From: Balanoglossus misakiensis
Taxonomy: Eukaryota; Animalia; Hemichordata
Reading direction: 5' to 3'
NCBI GenBank assembly: GCA_040954595.2
Contig: CM082595.2
Location: 5,234,137-5,298,136 of the forward strand
Length of the DNA: 64,000 nucleotides
Shown: in pieces, positions 12,635 through 24,165 of the stretch
Layout: each line of letters starts with the position of its first letter
Position numbering within the stretch: the stretch's first letter is position 1
The notes under the pieces: generated by a model
The model's input: the letters and a program-made list of their open reading frames with translations, nothing else
Told to the model about the DNA's origin: nothing
Databases searched by the model: none
Program-made: the position numbers and the translations under genes

Positions 12635-15600
12635 CCACCACCATCATTTCCATCATCATCATCACAAGATCTGTTTATGATGTCACACAGATCCATCATG
12701 TCTCCATAGATCTCTCTGAAGCAGTTAATCAAGAAAGCCCTTTTTCCGCCCAACAAAACTCACTTGTGCAACAACAGAAAGACTTGAGTCGTCCGCCTCA
12801 TCCAGCAAAACATCATGGTGCTTGAGGCAGGAGTTGACAATAGACTCTTTAGACATGGTAGAGATCACCGCTACAGCACCTTCTGGCTCGCAGGTACGGA
12901 GGTACAGAATACTGGTTGCTAGGCAATCTAAGGAAAAACACCTACAGCAGTAAAAATGAATAAAAAATGGTGGTGGATCTAAATTAAAAATAGAATGACT
13001 TTTATATGCTGTTGTATAGCTTTATTATTATGTTTCAATTGATATAGTACTAGTATTCCATTTCTCGATTCACTGAGTTCTCGTTTGGTTCAGAAAATCA
13101 CGAAATCACAAATATCGTAAATTCAAAATGGCCGCCGAAATCTGTGAAATATGTTCAATTATTAATTTGCTTGAAACACAAAATGGGAAGCAGTTTAAAA
13201 TGACTTTATTGAACATTTTTTGGACTGTAACTTACTCGGACAGTGTTGACTGATCATGACATTTCCTGTGTGTCTGCAGAAGTGACAAGGCCTTCTCGTC
13301 GGTGAAGCTTATAATTTTTGTACTCAGGATGACTTCGGATAACTTCTCCGGCTGGAATTTTCCGTAGATTTCCAGGATGTTATCTCCTGTGTCCTTCACC
13401 AAGGAAGTGAAACAAAGAGTTACAGGAATAACGATGATAGGCAGGTATTCACAATGCTTTGTAAATAATTGACCATTTTTGAAATGCCACGAGACTGTGC
13501 GAGACCTCGCGTGGCTAGGTAGTTTATATGGAAGGACATTCTCAAGTTACTCTAGAACAAACATGACCCATCGTGTTAACCCTTTCACCACCATGGTTCA
13601 GTCCATACTCATTGTTTTCTATGGTAAGGTTGGACCTCTAAAGAGGGAACTGGGGGTGAAACGGTTAAACTACATAAAAGTCACAATTTTTGTTCAACTC
13701 TGCACCTATTCTAATTTCATCAAAGCTTGACTTTATTGCCTGGCTAGCAACCTGTTGCTACGGTAATTAACCAACTCTCTCGAGCTCATTCAATAAAGGG
13801 AAAATCATCCAGTAGTATTTACGATTCCAAATCCCCTGGGAGATTATTCATGTTTAACCACTCTAGCGCAAATCTATCTGTCTACAAATACTGGTGATAC
13901 ATACACCCATAACTGAGATACACACATCACATCAATGTATATCCACATACCTGATCAATGTTTAATCCCTTCCCTTTTCCAGAAAACAGAACAGAGTTCA
14001 GATAATGAAGCAGACCCTCATACATGAACTGTGGATCCTGTGAAGAAGAAAAGAAATTTAAAATAAACCAACAAAACAAAATGTAGACGTGAAAAAAATA
14101 TTTTGATGTTAACAATTACAGATGATAAGTTAAATTGTTTTATTTTCTGACTGCATATGGAGTAATACAGCCAATGTATTGCAGTTATGAATGATCAAGG
14201 AAAACAGAAAGGTTTTCATATTAAAAATGGCGATGAGTGTTTATTTACTGAGTGTGTTGGAGAAAAGCATAGCTCCCTGAGTGTGAGTGAGTGAAGGTTT
14301 TACATCTTAAAACTTTTACATAGTTTTGCATTTGTGTTAAATTGAATTTGTCATGAATCATTATTCTTTGAGAAAAAAAAAATTATCAGCAGGCTAAACA
14401 AAACATATCCCTGTGAATATTTATTTTACATGGATGATTGATTTTAGACTTTTCACCCAAACATAAGAATTTGACCTTAGTTACTGTTAACATGAACATT
14501 TCCAAATGTACATGATTATCAATGGCTGTTACCTGAGACATTCGATGGTCCTTGTTCAATTTTTCTGGGGCGAACTTAGAATTTAGTGAAAAGAATGAAT
14601 AAAATATGACAATAATTACACTGCTGGACATTATGTATGTAAGATGTATTCTTCCTACATGTTTTTGTCTTCGTTCCTTAGAAAGATATAGAAATATAGT
14701 GACTTCATGTTTTTACATGAAATATGTTTGACACACATATGTATGAAAAACTCATGACAAAGTTGTTCTCATGTGGGAAATTGTGTGAAAGCGTAACGTG
14801 ACCTATGTCTAACATAACGACATTCTCGAATTATGTTGCACACATACCTGAGATATGATTTGGTCTCTGTGTCTGCTGACGACTGCCGGCAAAGTCAAAC
14901 CTGACATGGCATAGTATGGAATGGCCAGCAAATGCTCACTTCCTGAAATCCTAGAAAAAAAAGCAGGAAATGACAATTCAATAATGACACATTTTTTTTG
15001 TCAATCTCAGTTTGGTTCACAACACATAATAAAGATGTGATTTTTCGTTTTTTTTTGTATGATGATATCAACTACCGGTAAGTTCATTTGTACCATTAAA
15101 TCCTTTGAATGCGACATCTTGCTGTGGTACAATATTTTTATCATTTTCACTCATTTCCTTTAATTTTAGACCAAGTGGATATAATTTCCTATTGTCTTTA
15201 GGTCTTAATCAAAATTTGAGAAAAAATGTAGAAAAAGTTATGAAAGTATGACAAGTTAACTATGGCATTGAAAGGGTTAAATGTGTATATAAATATTTGA
15301 CATTTGGACAAAATGGCTACTTTGTGACGTCACTACCAAGATCACTGAGTAAGGTCAGGGTGACCCACCTGGCAAAATGATCCCCTAGGGAGGCACAAGA
15401 CTCCCTAGCCAGCTCTTCTAATATTCTTATGATACTTTTATCCTCAGCTTTGTACAAGGCGGACTTTATCAACAGATAAGCTTCGATCATTATCTGTTGA
15501 TAAGCTGTGGGGTTGGACAGCTGGTATTTGGCCGCAATTCCCAGCATCTCTCGGTACAGTTCAATGGGTGTTGGCTTCTGTAGGACGTATATACTCCAGC

Positions 15601-18600
15601 TGGATTGTTAAAGAGAGAAAAAAGCTGTTAATAGATCATTTTCTGAACTTCACGAGACCCTGCAGATCTTGTGTGTCCGGGTAGTTTATATGGGATGTAA
15701 CACAGGACAAAAAAATGTGACAAACCACATGTTAAACGGCACAAAAGTTACAATTTTTTCGGTAAACTCTGCACCTATTCTAGTTTGATACAAAGCCTGA
15801 CTTGTATTACTTGGCTAGCAACCCGTTGCCACGGTAATTAACCAAGTCTCACGAGATCTTGCAATGAGCGGAAAATCATCTACATGTACCGGTATTGTGT
15901 TGACAATACAAATGTGAATTTTAATTTTTTCTCATTGAAATGATGAATGTAGACTTTCATTATCAATATGTTTCCCTGGGAAAAACAACATTATGCAATC
16001 TGACCAGATAAGGTTAGAAGATGCTACATGTCTTTGTCCCTTTAATGTTACCTCTTTGCAGTGGGCGACTCAATGGCCTTTGATAGCATCACGATGTAGT
16101 CCTCCGCAACACTGACAGCGCGGATATCGTAGAAAGCCTGGAATCCAATCAGGGAAATATCGGAAGTTGCAGACGGAACAGCCTGGAGGGAGAAAGAGAT
16201 ATACAGAGTTTGAGAAGGGGAATTAGAAGGCTGGGTCACTGAGCGATAACCCTTTTTAGTCTTACAGTCTGTCAGCCTTCAAGAATATGATGAACGGCAA
16301 TGGAAAAATCTATGGAGTGTTTTTCAATAATCTTCATCACTCCATAAATGAATGAACGAATGAACAAATAAATGACACGAACAGAAAGAAATTAGTGATT
16401 CAAAGTACACTCATGTCTACAAGGGATCTGCTGCCTCAAATATGTGTGTGTAGTAAATACCTATGCAAATCCAGTACCCATGGAGACGGAAAATGTATGA
16501 GTAAAATACCTAATTTCAGGAATACTGTAAAACACTTTATTTTCGCGAGTTGAAATTTTCGCGATATCGAGAGAGGCCCCTGTTTTAATTTTCGCGTTCT
16601 CTTATTTCATTCACTGCATCCTTATCTTCAAAAAAAATTTACGTGACTTTTTATTTTCACGCTGTTTTGGCTCTATTTTGCGAAAATTTATTGCTCGCAA
16701 AAATAAAGTGTTTTACAGTAAACTCACCCATGTATTGGATGGTTTCTCGATATGCCACAGTGCGGCGGCCATCTTGCTAATCGTGTACGTCTCAAGTCCG
16801 TTGGTCGTCACGGCGTGCAGAAGGCTGTTGGTCACGCCGACGTACTTGGTCTTGGCGGTGTAGTTGTAGGTTGACAGTTGAATGCATTTACTGCAGAACA
16901 CGTCGTACATATAACCTTCGTGATGGCCGCTCACAAAACAACAAAGTCCATTCAGTCTGTCTGTCTGGCTGTCTACAAAACATACAACATCACCATGAGC
17001 AATTTCACATCACAGAAAAAAATATTACCCACAGTCATCTGACTCAATTTCTTGTGAAAATCTTACACTCTATTTTCTTTGACCTTTTTCATAATTTTGC
17101 GGACAATTACTTCATGAGTTGCCCTATATTACACTCACAAATGTAAGGCATAGTTAATCTTTAAAAAAACTACAACCAGATAATTTTTTATAAAATGGGA
17201 ACAATCAAGAATGGAATAAAAGATGGGAAAATCAAAAAATGAATTTTTATGTTTGCATAGTGTAGGCAATTTGTCTCATTGAAAAATACAAAATACAATA
17301 CAATGATTAATCAACAAAGTGATGCAAATGACATCACGATTTTTTTTAAACATTTCTATATATAGAGCCTAGATTTAATAACATGTTATAAATGGGTCAT
17401 ATTTCAGGCAGTACAGAAAAAAAATCATTCTTAATCAATATCTTTACATTTAATATGCTTATTTTTTGGGTAAACATGAAAAAATGTACAATGAGGAAGT
17501 GACATCACACTCCCACTGCCTTCACAATTGCCATATTTGGGATACTCTTGTGCAAATGCTATGTAAATATGGACTAGTACATTTAACATACAATTATAAA
17601 TTACCCATGCTAAGTCAACAAAAGTGGCATATGTGTTTGTTTTGCAGTTCACAGTACAGAACTGTTATGGTTGGTCAGACAGAGAAAACCCACGTCTGCC
17701 TTTAGCACTAGCAAAGGGAAAAGAAACAATTGCTTTGTGAGCAAATTAAACTTTTTATAGATCTATAATTTTAATATGCACTGATATGCAGCAATGTTAG
17801 TGTTTTAGACTATACCATGTTTTTTGTATTGAGATTGGCTAAGTTGCAACTTGTCAAAATCATGCTTGTTATAAGAAACTGACTCTTTCACCCCTCTTTC
17901 CATGTCTATGGTTGCAACCAAGCTGCAGGGTTAGACCAAAGTCTGGTGCTGAGCGGGGGATGGAAGTGGTTGATGTTCAACTAACCTTTCTGGTATGTTG
18001 GCAGCAGTTTCAGTGAATGTAAATGCTGTCCTGCTGAATCGCCGGGGAACCTGCATTGGCGGTAGAGTAGAGTACTGCTTGCTATGGGTGCACTGGTTCT
18101 GTGGAAACAACACAATGATATTCTACTCAGGGTGATGGAGATGGTGATCATCATGGGGGTGGGGGGCGGGCAGGGGTAGGGACAGCCGATTCTTTGCTAT
18201 CAATCACGTGATCTGGCCATGTGACCCACAGCGTTGTCATTTCCAGGTGACGGGCAAGCAATATTTCGGCATACAGAAAAGTTTTCTGAATTACCTGTAC
18301 TTGCCAATCCACTCGACTGATATGGGATGACCGGCTATGGTATCCACTGGCCCAAGCACTTCAATAGGCTCATCGTTTTTATTCTCGGCCACAGACTCTT
18401 GGAGAACGCTTTGAGGCGCTATAACGTCATCTTCGCAGGAGGAAGTGTGGAAATCCCACATGACGTAATCATCATCGTCCACCTGAAGGTGTTCACACTC
18501 TTCCCCGTCGAAGGATTCGTAGAAGGCCACATGCTGCCATGGTGATGTCTTCCCGTCCTCCGCGTTCGTGTCTCCATCCCTCTGTGAGTATACGCTGTCG

Positions 18601-19864
18601 TCGGGTGTCGTCGGTTCGTCCTTGGAAGGGCTGCCGGGCTGCCAGTCGTCCTCCACTGACGAGTAGCGACTCACACTGCGCCTGCTGGTGCCGACACTGG
18701 CCACGGTGGGACGTTTCCGCGACCACACGAGCCTGACCACCCGAACTTGGTCCACTGAGATCCCGGCCAGGTAGTCCCCGCACACGGCCACCTCGAGTAT
18801 GTTCAACCCCGTGTCGATGTTCAGCGCCGGCTCGAAGTCGTTGTACCGGACGCTGGTGTTGCTGACCGTCTTCATGCAGTGGTAGAACAGCTTGATGTAC
18901 TTCCCGACGGCGATGACCAGATTCCCCGTCTTGTCGCAGCTGGAAATGTGCGTCACCGTCTCTTTCGTGGGAATCTCTATCACCTCCAGGGTGCTGGCGT
19001 TCACGTCGGTGTAACGCACGTTGCAACCAGAGACCCTGGCACGCACCGGGTGCTGACTGGAACACGTGGACCAGTTCAGATAAATCCTCACAAATGTGAC
19101 TGTGTTGTTACGCGTGGTCTTCACCTCCAGTGTGCCGATGTAATTCCCTGGAGAGAGGGGAAAAATATCATTCAGAGAGAAACAATATTATCCAGGAGGG
19201 GTTTTAAATTCCGGGAGTTACAAGGATCATACAAACCCTGAATAAACATATCAGTTAGGACTGAAAAATACCTGGACTCCTTTCATAAGAATGATGGAAG
19301 AATTTTGCCAACAGTATATCTGTTAATGATGAAATCTGTTCAAAATACAGTATTGACTGTACTGTGATGGTGCAGTGAAGTTGTACTACTTGTAGATACC
19401 TCCCATTAATGTCAAGAATTTTCTTGCACTTTTAGTGGGTCTGTTAATGTGTTAGTGGTGTGATATATTGGTTTTAATATAAAGTCAGTAGACAAGTGAC
19501 AGTTCAGTGAAATCCTTGGTTCTAAGCTATGGTAGTTACCCCCTGGACATTTAACCCTCAGGACATCTACCCCCTGTCTTTAATTGACAGGTGGGAAATG
19601 CTGGGTGGGGACATATCCAGGGGGTGACCGTCCTATATCCTCACCTTTTGCATTATGCAGGATCTGGTGTGCAAGGGCCACAGTGTTGAAGCTGTGCGAC
19701 AACTGGCAAGACTTCTCGCTGTGGGCAAGTCCGTAGATTTCGATGTTGCACTGGTCTGTGGACACCAGCAGCTTGTTGCCCACGCAGCACAGAGCGATCG
19801 GCTCCGACTTGGTGCTGAACACCTGCTGGGATGTGAATCGGTGGCAGGAGAACACGCGAACCAT
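9474..19864 (-). CDS. HPS3: Hermansky-Pudlak syndrome 3 protein (BLOC-2 subunit), about 17 coding exons. Approx. 19645-19864, 18295-19148, 17986-18098, 16728-16972, 16052-16182, 15369-15599, 14848-14950, 13951-14037, 13236-13394, 12763-12941, ~12391-12490, ~12139-12237, ~11662-11752, ~11287-11350, 10757-10967, ~10106-10417, 9474-9641
   Basis: N-terminus MVRVFSCHRFTSQQV, plus FVRIYLNW, LLYRQ...LHSLKLLPTYQ, LHAVTTNGLETYT and EDLLKLQ, match the HPS3 family as I recall it. Splice phases were checked for the first ten exons; later boundaries marked ~ are approximate. Confidence 0.88.
9950..10092. repeat. Degenerate (GAT/GGT)n microsatellite in an HPS3 intron
   Basis: Direct inspection. Confidence 0.85.
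11088..11248. repeat. Degenerate (CCAT/CCAA)n repeat in an HPS3 intron
   Basis: Direct inspection. Confidence 0.8.
12542..12664. repeat. (CAT)n microsatellite in an HPS3 intron
   Basis: Direct inspection; it explains the poly-D and poly-M ORFs. Confidence 0.95.
13576..13668 (+). mobile_element. ~93 bp piggyBac-like MITE (family A)
   Basis: TTAA-CCCTTTCACC...GGTGAAACGG-TTAA; near-identical copies elsewhere in the window. Confidence 0.8.
15096..15280. mobile_element. ~185 bp piggyBac-like MITE
   Basis: Imperfect terminal inverted repeats ttaaatcctttgaatgc / gcattgaaagggttaa. Confidence 0.5.
16523..16720 (+). mobile_element. TA-flanked MITE (family B) rich in TTCGCG
   Basis: Long TIR tactgtaaaacactttattttcgcgag; second full copy at 61502-61713; fragments near 7075-7250, 8748-8800, 30975-31072, 51630-51729. 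Confidence 0.82.
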
Positions 19865-20665
19865 GGTGACTCAATGACCGGTGATTTACTACTCTGTGAA
19901 ATGTGGTGAATTTAGACCATGTTAGGAATCTGAAAGAACAAACATATGCAACTTATGAAGATTCGCAGTTGTGAATGAAATTGTCCAATCTACCCCCTCC
20001 TCGGTCATCCACGTGACCTGCATCTTTCTTTAAAAGAGTGTATTCCTAGGTCTGTCTGTATAACCTGCCTTACATACCTGTCTAGCTATATATCTTTTGC
20101 CAAATTCGGCATACATGTATACACATCTACTAAGCTGTACATATGCTCAGTCTTTCAGGGAAGGATGAAATTTTATTTTTAATAAATTGTCACAGTGTAC
20201 CGGCCGGGGGGGGGGGGGGGGGTAGTTGTTCCTCTTGAATGCAATGCCATTGTCCATTGGGTTGCAGACATACATGTGGTCATTCAGTAGGAGCAACCCC
20301 ACTATTGCAGCTATAATGACTGCTACTAGTACTAGCACCCCCCCCCCTCATGCATGCAATGATGCATCATGACCTCCATGACCTTGGGCCGGCCACGATC
20401 GAGGAAACAACACAACACTTGCAACATGCGAATATGTCAGAGTACTCATATTATTCCCTGTTTAACTACTGAACAATCACAATGCCACAGCCAGAGTAGA
20501 TGATTCAGGATCATTTAAAGAAAGGGGCGACCGGGGTCGGGGGCGTGTGAACTCAAAGTGCACAATTCCCTTGCCCTACGCTTGGTTTTTGACCTGCGAT
20601 TTTATCTCTTTGGAAGTGGTTCACCATGATCATGCACGCATCTTTCGTTACCAAGTGAACGTTAC

Positions 20666-20972
20666 CTTCTATTCGGTGCATGGTTTATGTGATCGACCGC
20701 ATATCACTCTCAGTTTCCTACAAAACACTTGTTTGTTGTGGTAGACATGATAAGTGGCGCTACCTGGGTCATCCAAGGTCACCTGGTCACCTGATTCATG
20801 TTCGCAATATCGTTTTTTCTCGGTCAACTTCGGCATATGAACGAACATGGCCGATGCTTTCCGGGCCTTTACCGATCCCTTTGATCACGTGACATGTATA
20901 TATGTCAGCCATATTGGTTTTACTGAGCCTCTACTGAATCTTGTCAGAGTCGGCAAAACAAAGTCCAACCAG
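20666..20972. promoter_or_regulatory. Putative bidirectional promoter and non-coding first exons of HPS3 (-) and GIGYF (+), with a TCACGTGA E-box at 20885-20892
   Basis: Outward-facing donors: AAG|GTAAC on the minus strand at 20665 and CAG|GTAAAA on the plus strand at 20973. Both genes have an acceptor just upstream of their ATG (19930 and 24137). The segment is locally CpG-richer. Confidence 0.6.
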
Positions 20973-23899
20973 GTAAAAAATAACTGTCTTTAACACATTT
21001 TTTGTTATTATTTAGCTATAATGATGCATTACGTAATACTGAACACTAGAGTGGTGATTCACACCATCTATGTTCAAGGAAGCACCAGAAAAATATCAGT
21101 TTTACCAGCTGACCAACTTGTCCTATTTCTCTGGACTAGTTCAGTGTTTGTAAGTGACATCATTACTGTGAACTATTGGTCATTCTTCTTCCGTTGTATC
21201 TCAACGTAAATGTGTTTTTATTTCCTGAGACATCGTAACATAGACCCACAAACTTTAAAACGGATGTTAGTGTCAAGAATTTGGCACGTGAACAAGTTGA
21301 TTAACGACTTCTGAGAAGGGGGGGGGGGGCACTCGTTCGTCTGCCATGCTTTTCAGCGGAGCTGTGTTTACTAAATGGCAGTACGTTCCTCCTCCGAAAC
21401 GCATGTCCTGGCAAGTCGATGTAGTTTTGCTTTTTATAAAAAAGGGTATTTTTAATGAATTATTAGCAAACCAACAGAATCAGTTTGGCCAGGTTATTGT
21501 GAAGCCTTATGGAGGTTGGTAATCTTGACTATGCGTCTGTACATGTACATTACACACCCACCTTTTACTGGCATTCATGTTGACATGATAGAAATGTATC
21601 GAATTTTCAGTAAAAATAGCATCATCTGTCACTGTGAGAACCACACCACCAGTTCATCACTGAAGATGATGCTCTTAATAGTCTTATTGGTAGATGACGT
21701 GGCCAGGATCCATATTGAAGAAACACTAAACTTTGCACACAGTCAGAATTAACATAAATTTAGACTCAATATTTAAGTATGGAACACACAATTTCTGTCA
21801 TGGTCTGTGTTTATCATCACAAACAACTTCCATCCCGCTTGTAGATTTGAGAGTGAAAATCTCGCCAAAATGAATAAACGGTAGAGACTGATTATTCATT
21901 TAAACAAGGTTTTTACTCTGAATGTCTACAAACGGGATAGAAGTTGTGTCTGGCTGACGTTGATTCACTATATATCCACATAACATAGATAATGTATTGT
22001 ATCAAACATAAATAATGGGAAAAGGGAGCGAGAGAGAGACTTTGTCCCTTTAACTTTTGAATAGAGGTGTTAGTGTAATGAGAAATAAGGCATATCATGT
22101 GCTTCATTTCTCATTACACTATACATGTACATATCATGTAATGCTAAGTCCTGAACCCAGTGGTAGCTGAATTTAGTTATGTGTAACACACACATGATTT
22201 ACATGTAGTATTGTGTGGTGTATCACTTACAGAAAACAATGGGGGTACGGCCAATGTTGTCGAAAGGTGAAAGGTCAAGTGTCCACTCTCCGTGGACAAA
22301 ATGTTTACAACAAAATGTTTACAACTCACAGCAACCGAAAGATACTTTACAGTACGGTGCAGAACTAACCAAAATGGGGATATTTTGTGGGTTTCCATGT
22401 TCCTGTGGTCATGTTATCCTAAGTACTGGTGTTTGGTGAACATTTTGAAGCGAGTGGTCAAAAAATACCAAATCAGGACTTGATTGAAGTTTATGTATAC
22501 TGCAATATGTTTAACACTGTACATGTTACATGTATGATCTAAAATAAAAACACTATACACCAATATAATTATTAGGGTGGTATTTCAGATCAGTGCTGTA
22601 TTATAGAAGGTATGAAACCAATCTTGTGTGAACCATTGTTGAATGTACTGGTATTCAATAGTTCACAGCGACCACACTTGTTAATAAAAATCAAAAGGTC
22701 TTCTGTGTTATAGACAATTGCATGATTGCACTACTGTACCAGGGTGGCTGTGTGTTACCCATGTTAATAATGCAAATCTGGATTTCTGCTTGATCCAAGA
22801 GCCAGCTTGTTTCTGTTCAAAAGAGGATCACACACATACTTCAAAATGTTAAAGCCTGTGATCATACAATTTACATGCAAACTAGAAGTACGGTTGTCAC
22901 AGTCAGATGATCAAAATACTTGAGGGTTAGACTCAATTCTCATGTCAAGGTGAAACTGAAAGCTGTCAGCAACAGAAATGGAAATCATGACGTTGAACAT
23001 TTACCAGGACTTTGTCTCTGATATCTTTTTCATCTCACCTTACCTATATAGGCTATCATGGTCAGTTAAATGCAAATTATCTGTATTTTGGTATGTAGTT
23101 GTGAACTGTGCTTGTCTCAGTGAATAGGGTCAATTCTCAGTCTGTGTTGTGTGAGATTTTTACAACATGTTGGATGTGCCCATACAGTATGATTTCAGTT
23201 TTCACAATTTCGAACAGATCCGAAATTTAGTAATCCAGACAAGTCGTTATGCCATAGTTGAAAAAATATGAGGGGTTGATACAATATATGTGCCCTATGC
23301 ACCCAGAATAGAATTTACACGGTAGTTTTCAACTGAATGTAAAAAAGCACTGGTAGTGGCCAATGCTGGTTGACCACTTGACTCTGGCGTACTAAATCAT
23401 TCTCTGATCTGCATTTGCACATTCACCATATGGTTTTTAAATGAATAAAAAACACGTTTTCATTGTTGGAAGACTACTTGTTGTCACAGACATGCTGTAA
23501 TATTCTGGGTTTTGCGTGTGGAACAGGTATTAGGAGGACAGGAACATAGTTATTTGAAATGTTATCCATGCTTCATTTCAAGAAATCAACGCATGCGTTA
23601 AGATGATTCATAAAAAAGGTTGTCTTTTCTGTCTGTGTCAGAGAATTTAAGTGTAATCTCTTGCACTCCAGTGCTGTTTTAAACAAATTATGGTAATGAT
23701 ATTATGTGACTCATGAATTTAAATACTAGTAAATCAAATTATGAAGACAATTTGTAAATCCAAAAGCGTCACACGCCAGATTCCATTGAATGTCATGGGT
23801 CAAGATGTTCCTTTGTACTACTTGCATATGCTCTATATTATTCCCTGAAGTGTTGATCTGCACAAGTTTTTTTTCTTCACAGTGTCTTAGTGGTGTTGC

Positions 23900-23992
23900 T
23901 TAACCCTTTCATCACCATGGTTTGGTCTAACTCCATTGTTCTCAATAGCAGTATTGGACCATTATACAGGGATATGGGGGTGAAAGGGTTAA
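23900..23992 (+). mobile_element. piggyBac-like MITE (family A)
   Basis: TTAACCCTTTCA...TGAAAGGGTTAA. Confidence 0.8.
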
Positions 23993-24165
23993 ATTTAAGT
24001 TTAGTGGATATAAACCACTTGCTCAATGTCTCTGGTGGACACCAATAATCAACTCGATTTCCAAGGACCTGGCAGACAAGAAGATAATACAGTTAAATAC
24101 CTAACACTTTGTCTTCTATGATGTGATCTGTCGACAGGAAATATCATTACTAGAGCATTTTCATC

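Noticed and set aside
12376-12756. Poly-Asp and poly-Met ORFs
   Set aside because: (CAT)n microsatellite in an intron; only about 12391-12490 is a real HPS3 exon.
18327-19241. Overlapping ORFs on alternative frames and the opposite strand
   Set aside because: Shadows of the GC-rich HPS3 exon 2; no independent splice or domain evidence.
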